This document shows positions 60,937 to 64,000 of a stretch of DNA of 64,000 nt, in pieces; the first letter of the stretch is position 1; each line of letters opens with the position of its first letter. The notes under the pieces are model-generated. The model worked only from the letters and a program-made list of their open reading frames with translations, ran no database searches and was not told the origin of the DNA. A program made the translations under genes and the position numbers. This DNA is from a bacterium (lineage in GTDB: Bacteria > Fidelibacterota > Fidelibacteria > Fidelibacterales > Fidelibacteraceae): assembly GCA_963676395.1 (NCBI GenBank), contig OY781066.1, positions 64,001 to 128,000 on the forward strand, read 5' to 3'.

Positions 60937-61549
60937 CAAAAATATCTCTTTCAGAGATTACACCTTCTCTTAAAATCTTAAGATTAGATTGCTTATCAAT
61001 CATTACCACTGTAGAACCCTGATTCGGACTAGAAGACTCCAACTTCTCATCTTTAATCATTAATTCGACTTTAGTTGAAAAAGCTTTTTGAATATCATTG
61101 ATATTGTTTAAAGGAGCTTGCCCTGATATATTCACGGATGTAGTGACGTAAGGTTTATTAAATTCTTTTGCAAGATCGAGACAAAATTTATGGTCCGGTA
61201 GACGAAAACCAAGATAAGATTCAAGATTAAATAGACGTTTAGGCAGATTTACATCTTTTGCGGGTAAAACCAAAGTTAAAGCACCGGGCAAAAATGCTTC
61301 GATCAATTTCTCGCTCAAAAGCGATATTTGCGCATATTTATCTAACATCTCAACATTTGCAACAAGAATGCTAAGCGGCATGGATGCTGGACGCATTTTT
61401 ATATCGTAGAGTCTCTCCAACGCCTTCTCTGAGCTCGCATCGGCCCCAAACCCATAAAGAGTGTCTGTTGGGTAGACGAAAACATTTTCGTCCCTTAAAC
61501 ACGCTAAAGCATATTTTTTCGCGTTCAAGTCAGTATGAGATACTATCAT
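60926..61549 (-). CDS. tsaC: L-threonylcarbamoyladenylate synthase (TsaC/Sua5/YrdC)
   Basis: YPTDTLYG, K.RP...PL, PGALT, TTSVNISG, STVV, LREG. Confidence 0.93.
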   Translation of the reverse strand: MIVSHTDLNAKKYALACLRDENVFVYPTDTLYGFGADASSEKALERLYDIKMRPASMPLSILVANVEMLDKYAQISLLSEKLIEAFLPGALTLVLPAKDVNLPKRLFNLESYLGFRLPDHKFCLDLAKEFNKPYVTTSVNISGQAPLNNINDIQKAFSTKVELMIKDEKLESSSPNQGSTVVMIDKQSNLKILREGVISERDIFAIL

Positions 61550-62571
61550 TTTTTACTCTCATGATATAATTGTCCGCATGCTGCCTTAATTCCTCTTCCC
61601 CCACTATACCTCAATGTTACCGGAAAGGGAACATCATGAAAAAATGATACAAATTTCTTAATATCCTTTTCCTCAGGTCTTTTAAACTTTGAATCGGTTT
61701 CATTATAGGGAATAATATTTAGTTTGCAAGGAATATGGCTGAGCTTTTCGACTAATCTATATGCATCCGAAGAGCTGTCATTCACTCCTTTAAGCAATAC
61801 ATATTCAAAAGTCAGTAATTTATTTGTTACATGAGTGTAATAAGATGCAGCCGCCAACAACTCATGTAAAGGATAACGACGATTCACAGGCATGATCTCA
61901 TTACGTTGGTTGTTATCGGAAGCATTTAAAGATACAGCCAATTTAAATTGATAAGGCAAATGAGCAAATTCCTTGATCTTTGGCACTAAACCCGATGTAG
62001 ACAAAGTAATATGTCTCGCACCGATATTGGGACCTTTCTCATGATTCAGTATAATGGCTGCTTTTATTACTGAATCATAATTATTAAAAGGCTCCCCCAT
62101 TCCCATGAATACGATATTTGATATTTTCTTTTCCGATAATCTTTTTACCTGAATAAATTGTTCAACTATCTCAGCCGTCTCTAATTTACGAAGCAATCCC
62201 ATTTCACCGGTTTTACAAAAAGCACAGCCCATAGCACATCCGACTTCGGAGCTAACACATAGAGTAAAATGATTTCCCGACCGTAATAGTACCGTTTCGA
62301 TAGAATGACCATCATAACATGTAAACAAATATTTTTCAGACCCATCCTCTTCTGATATATTGCGTTGGGAAAGCTCTAATATGTTTAAAGTACCCAATTC
62401 ATCAATTTTATCCCGAATCTTTTTTGAAATATTTAGCATCTCAACACTTGATGAAACACCTTTATCAAACAACCATTCAAATATCTGTCTTCCTACAAAT
62501 GGTTTTAGTTCGTTCTCAACTGCCCAGGCTTGCATTTCTTCATAACTGTAGTTTTTCAATGTATTTATCAT
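61546..62571 (-). CDS. rlmN: 23S rRNA/tRNA C2-methyltransferase (radical SAM)
   Basis: CAMGCAFC, MGMGEP, FEYVLL.GVND, NIIPYN, AACGQL. Confidence 0.97.
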   Translation of the reverse strand: MINTLKNYSYEEMQAWAVENELKPFVGRQIFEWLFDKGVSSSVEMLNISKKIRDKIDELGTLNILELSQRNISEEDGSEKYLFTCYDGHSIETVLLRSGNHFTLCVSSEVGCAMGCAFCKTGEMGLLRKLETAEIVEQFIQVKRLSEKKISNIVFMGMGEPFNNYDSVIKAAIILNHEKGPNIGARHITLSTSGLVPKIKEFAHLPYQFKLAVSLNASDNNQRNEIMPVNRRYPLHELLAAASYYTHVTNKLLTFEYVLLKGVNDSSSDAYRLVEKLSHIPCKLNIIPYNETDSKFKRPEEKDIKKFVSFFHDVPFPVTLRYSGGRGIKAACGQLYHESKK

Positions 62572-62762
62572 GTGTGTAAGATTGGAAATTTATGAGTATT
62601 ATACAAGTAAATACTTAATGCAATAGACTGAAATCATATTCCAAGCAATAGAGTAATTAAAATTTGATCATTGAATATTTTCATACAATTTTTCGAGTTA
62701 TAGGATATATGACACACAGCTTTTTGCGTTCTTTGGCTTTATTTCACAAGCAAAGCTTTTCC

Positions 62763-62791
62763 TTGCATTTTATACCCTAAACCAATAATTT
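62763..62791 (+). promoter_or_regulatory. Putative promoter of the HU genes
   Basis: TTGCAT-N17-TAATTT. Confidence 0.55.
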
Positions 62792-62816
62792 TCAAGGAAT
62801 TCTATAAGGAGCAGTT

Positions 62817-63089
62817 ATGAACACCGCCGATCTAATGCAGAGTGTCTCTGAAAAATCGGAATTATCAAAATCCGACACAAAAGAATTATATGAGATCCTC
62901 ACAGATATTATTCATGAGAAATTCTCATCAGAGACCGGAATTGTTATCCCGCAATTCGGTACGTTTAGAATAAAAGAAAAACAAAGCAGAAAATCCTACA
63001 ATCCGGCAAGCAAGGAATATGTACAATTGCCAAAAAAACTACTCCTCTCCTTTACACCGGCAGCACAATTAAAAGAAGATCTCAGATAA
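62817..63089 (+). CDS. HU/IHF-family DNA-binding protein
   Basis: 90 aa; FGTF...R...NP......P......F.P...LKE. Confidence 0.9.
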   Translation: MNTADLMQSVSEKSELSKSDTKELYEILTDIIHEKFSSETGIVIPQFGTFRIKEKQSRKSYNPASKEYVQLPKKLLLSFTPAAQLKEDLR

Positions 63090-63098
63090 GGAGCATCT

Positions 63099-64000
63099 AT
63101 GACTGACAAGATAACATATCAACAACTCATAGATGAATTCACTGAAAAATCAGGTAGAACAAAAGCCTTTTCCGACAGATTCATCAAAGATATTTTCACC
63201 AGCATTCAAGAAGGATTGCGTAAGGACGAGAATGTAAATATCAAAGGTCTGGGAATTTTTAAACTACAGGAAGTGGCCGAACGGGAAACTCTAAACCCTA
63301 AAACCGGTCGCTCGGCTCTAATTGAAGCACATAAAAAAATCGTATACCGACCTGAAAAAGCGTTACGGGAAAAAGTCAATGCCAAATATGCCGATCTGGA
63401 AGCAAAAGTAATCGGTAAAAAAGAAGACATAAAGCCAGCAGATGAAAATAAAAGTGATAGCGAAAGCATTCCAACCTTTCCTAAACCAGAGCTTAAACCT
63501 GAACCTGAGATGAAAGCTACTCCGGTTAATCATAAACCCATCACCTCTTCTATTACCAATGCCGATGGCAGTATAGATATTCGAAAGATATTTGGTGGTG
63601 ATGATCTTCCAAGTGATGATGATGTAAAAAAAGAGAACCCTGCTTTTGACAACACGCAAGAAAACGATGATATCGAACAACATATTCAACATGTAAAAAA
63701 CAATGGTCCTCAAACACTTGATGAGTTAATTAATATTACAAAAGGGAGCAATGAAGAGAAGCCTGTTGAGGAAGAAAAACCAGGGGAAAAAGTAAATATT
63801 ACTTTTGAAGGTGATACCGCACCTCAAGTTTTTGGTGATAATATTGACGAACCTGTCAAAGAGGAAGAACCCGATCTTTCTCAAAACCTACCATGGATAA
63901 AATCTCAGGAAGAAGAACAAGAACAATATCAAGAAGGGGCTAAAATATCTCCTACTTTCATTATAGAAAAAAAACAGAGACGCTCTCCATGGCGTTGGTT
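63099..64000 (+). CDS. HU-domain fusion protein with long acidic Pro-rich linker (3' truncated)
   Basis: Not in ORF track. AAGGAG RBS, ATG at 63099, open to window end: MTDKITYQQLIDEF...IKGLGIFK...RETLNPKTG...YRPEKALREKVNAKY, then E/P/D-rich linker and KKQRRSPWRW. Confidence 0.88.
   Translation, partial: MTDKITYQQLIDEFTEKSGRTKAFSDRFIKDIFTSIQEGLRKDENVNIKGLGIFKLQEVAERETLNPKTGRSALIEAHKKIVYRPEKALREKVNAKYADLEAKVIGKKEDIKPADENKSDSESIPTFPKPELKPEPEMKATPVNHKPITSSITNADGSIDIRKIFGGDDLPSDDDVKKENPAFDNTQENDDIEQHIQHVKNNGPQTLDELINITKGSNEEKPVEEEKPGEKVNITFEGDTAPQVFGDNIDEPVKEEEPDLSQNLPWIKSQEEEQEQYQEGAKISPTFIIEKKQRRSPWRW

Noticed and set aside
765..63713. Numerous short ORFs antisense to or nested in assigned genes (e.g. 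22788-23300, 43881-44309, 63363-63713)
   Set aside because: These are shadow frames of well-supported genes and carry no motifs of their own.
1..64000. CRISPR array, prophage, intact IS, or anti-phage defence system
   Set aside because: No regularly spaced direct repeats and no recognisable cas, phage, transposase or nuclease/ATPase defence genes.

Overview
AT-rich bacterial chromosomal segment in the standard genetic code. It is most consistent with an anaerobic FCB-superphylum organism, possibly Marinimicrobia-like. That is an inference from two secreted proteins with NYPNPFNP C-terminal sorting domains, DUF4835, BatA/BatB and DUF39/UPF0280. (1) 1-16.3 kb, minus strand: housekeeping and envelope genes (ccsA, resB-like, lptE-like, xth, rpmB, a PfkB kinase, a frameshifted secreted protein, DUF1460 amidase, folB, nadK, batA/batB, ftsK, tRNA-Ser). 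(2) 16.6-43.1 kb, minus strand: a Wzx/Wzy surface-polysaccharide locus. It carries a WbpA/B/E/D/I-type diacetamido-uronate pathway split across its two ends, RmlAB-FdtABC, and an unusual MaoC + CitE-lyase + acyltransferase + ATP-grasp decoration set. (3) 43-49 kb: a four-helix-bundle pseudogene, a sodium:solute symporter, an unknown outer-membrane protein and a DUF39/UPF0280 sulfur-assimilation pair. (4) 49-55.5 kb, plus strand: a dipeptide epimerase and an uncharacterised five-gene membrane-protein operon (DUF6754-type) with its own promoter and terminator. This is the best candidate for an undescribed system; one subunit carries an L7/L12-CTD-like insertion. (5) 55.7-64 kb: yjbQ, a large secreted C39-like peptidase, DUF4835, tsaC, rlmN, HU and a truncated HU-fusion protein. 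No CRISPR array, rRNA, integrase or intact transposase was seen. All family calls are motif recognition by eye, not database searches.
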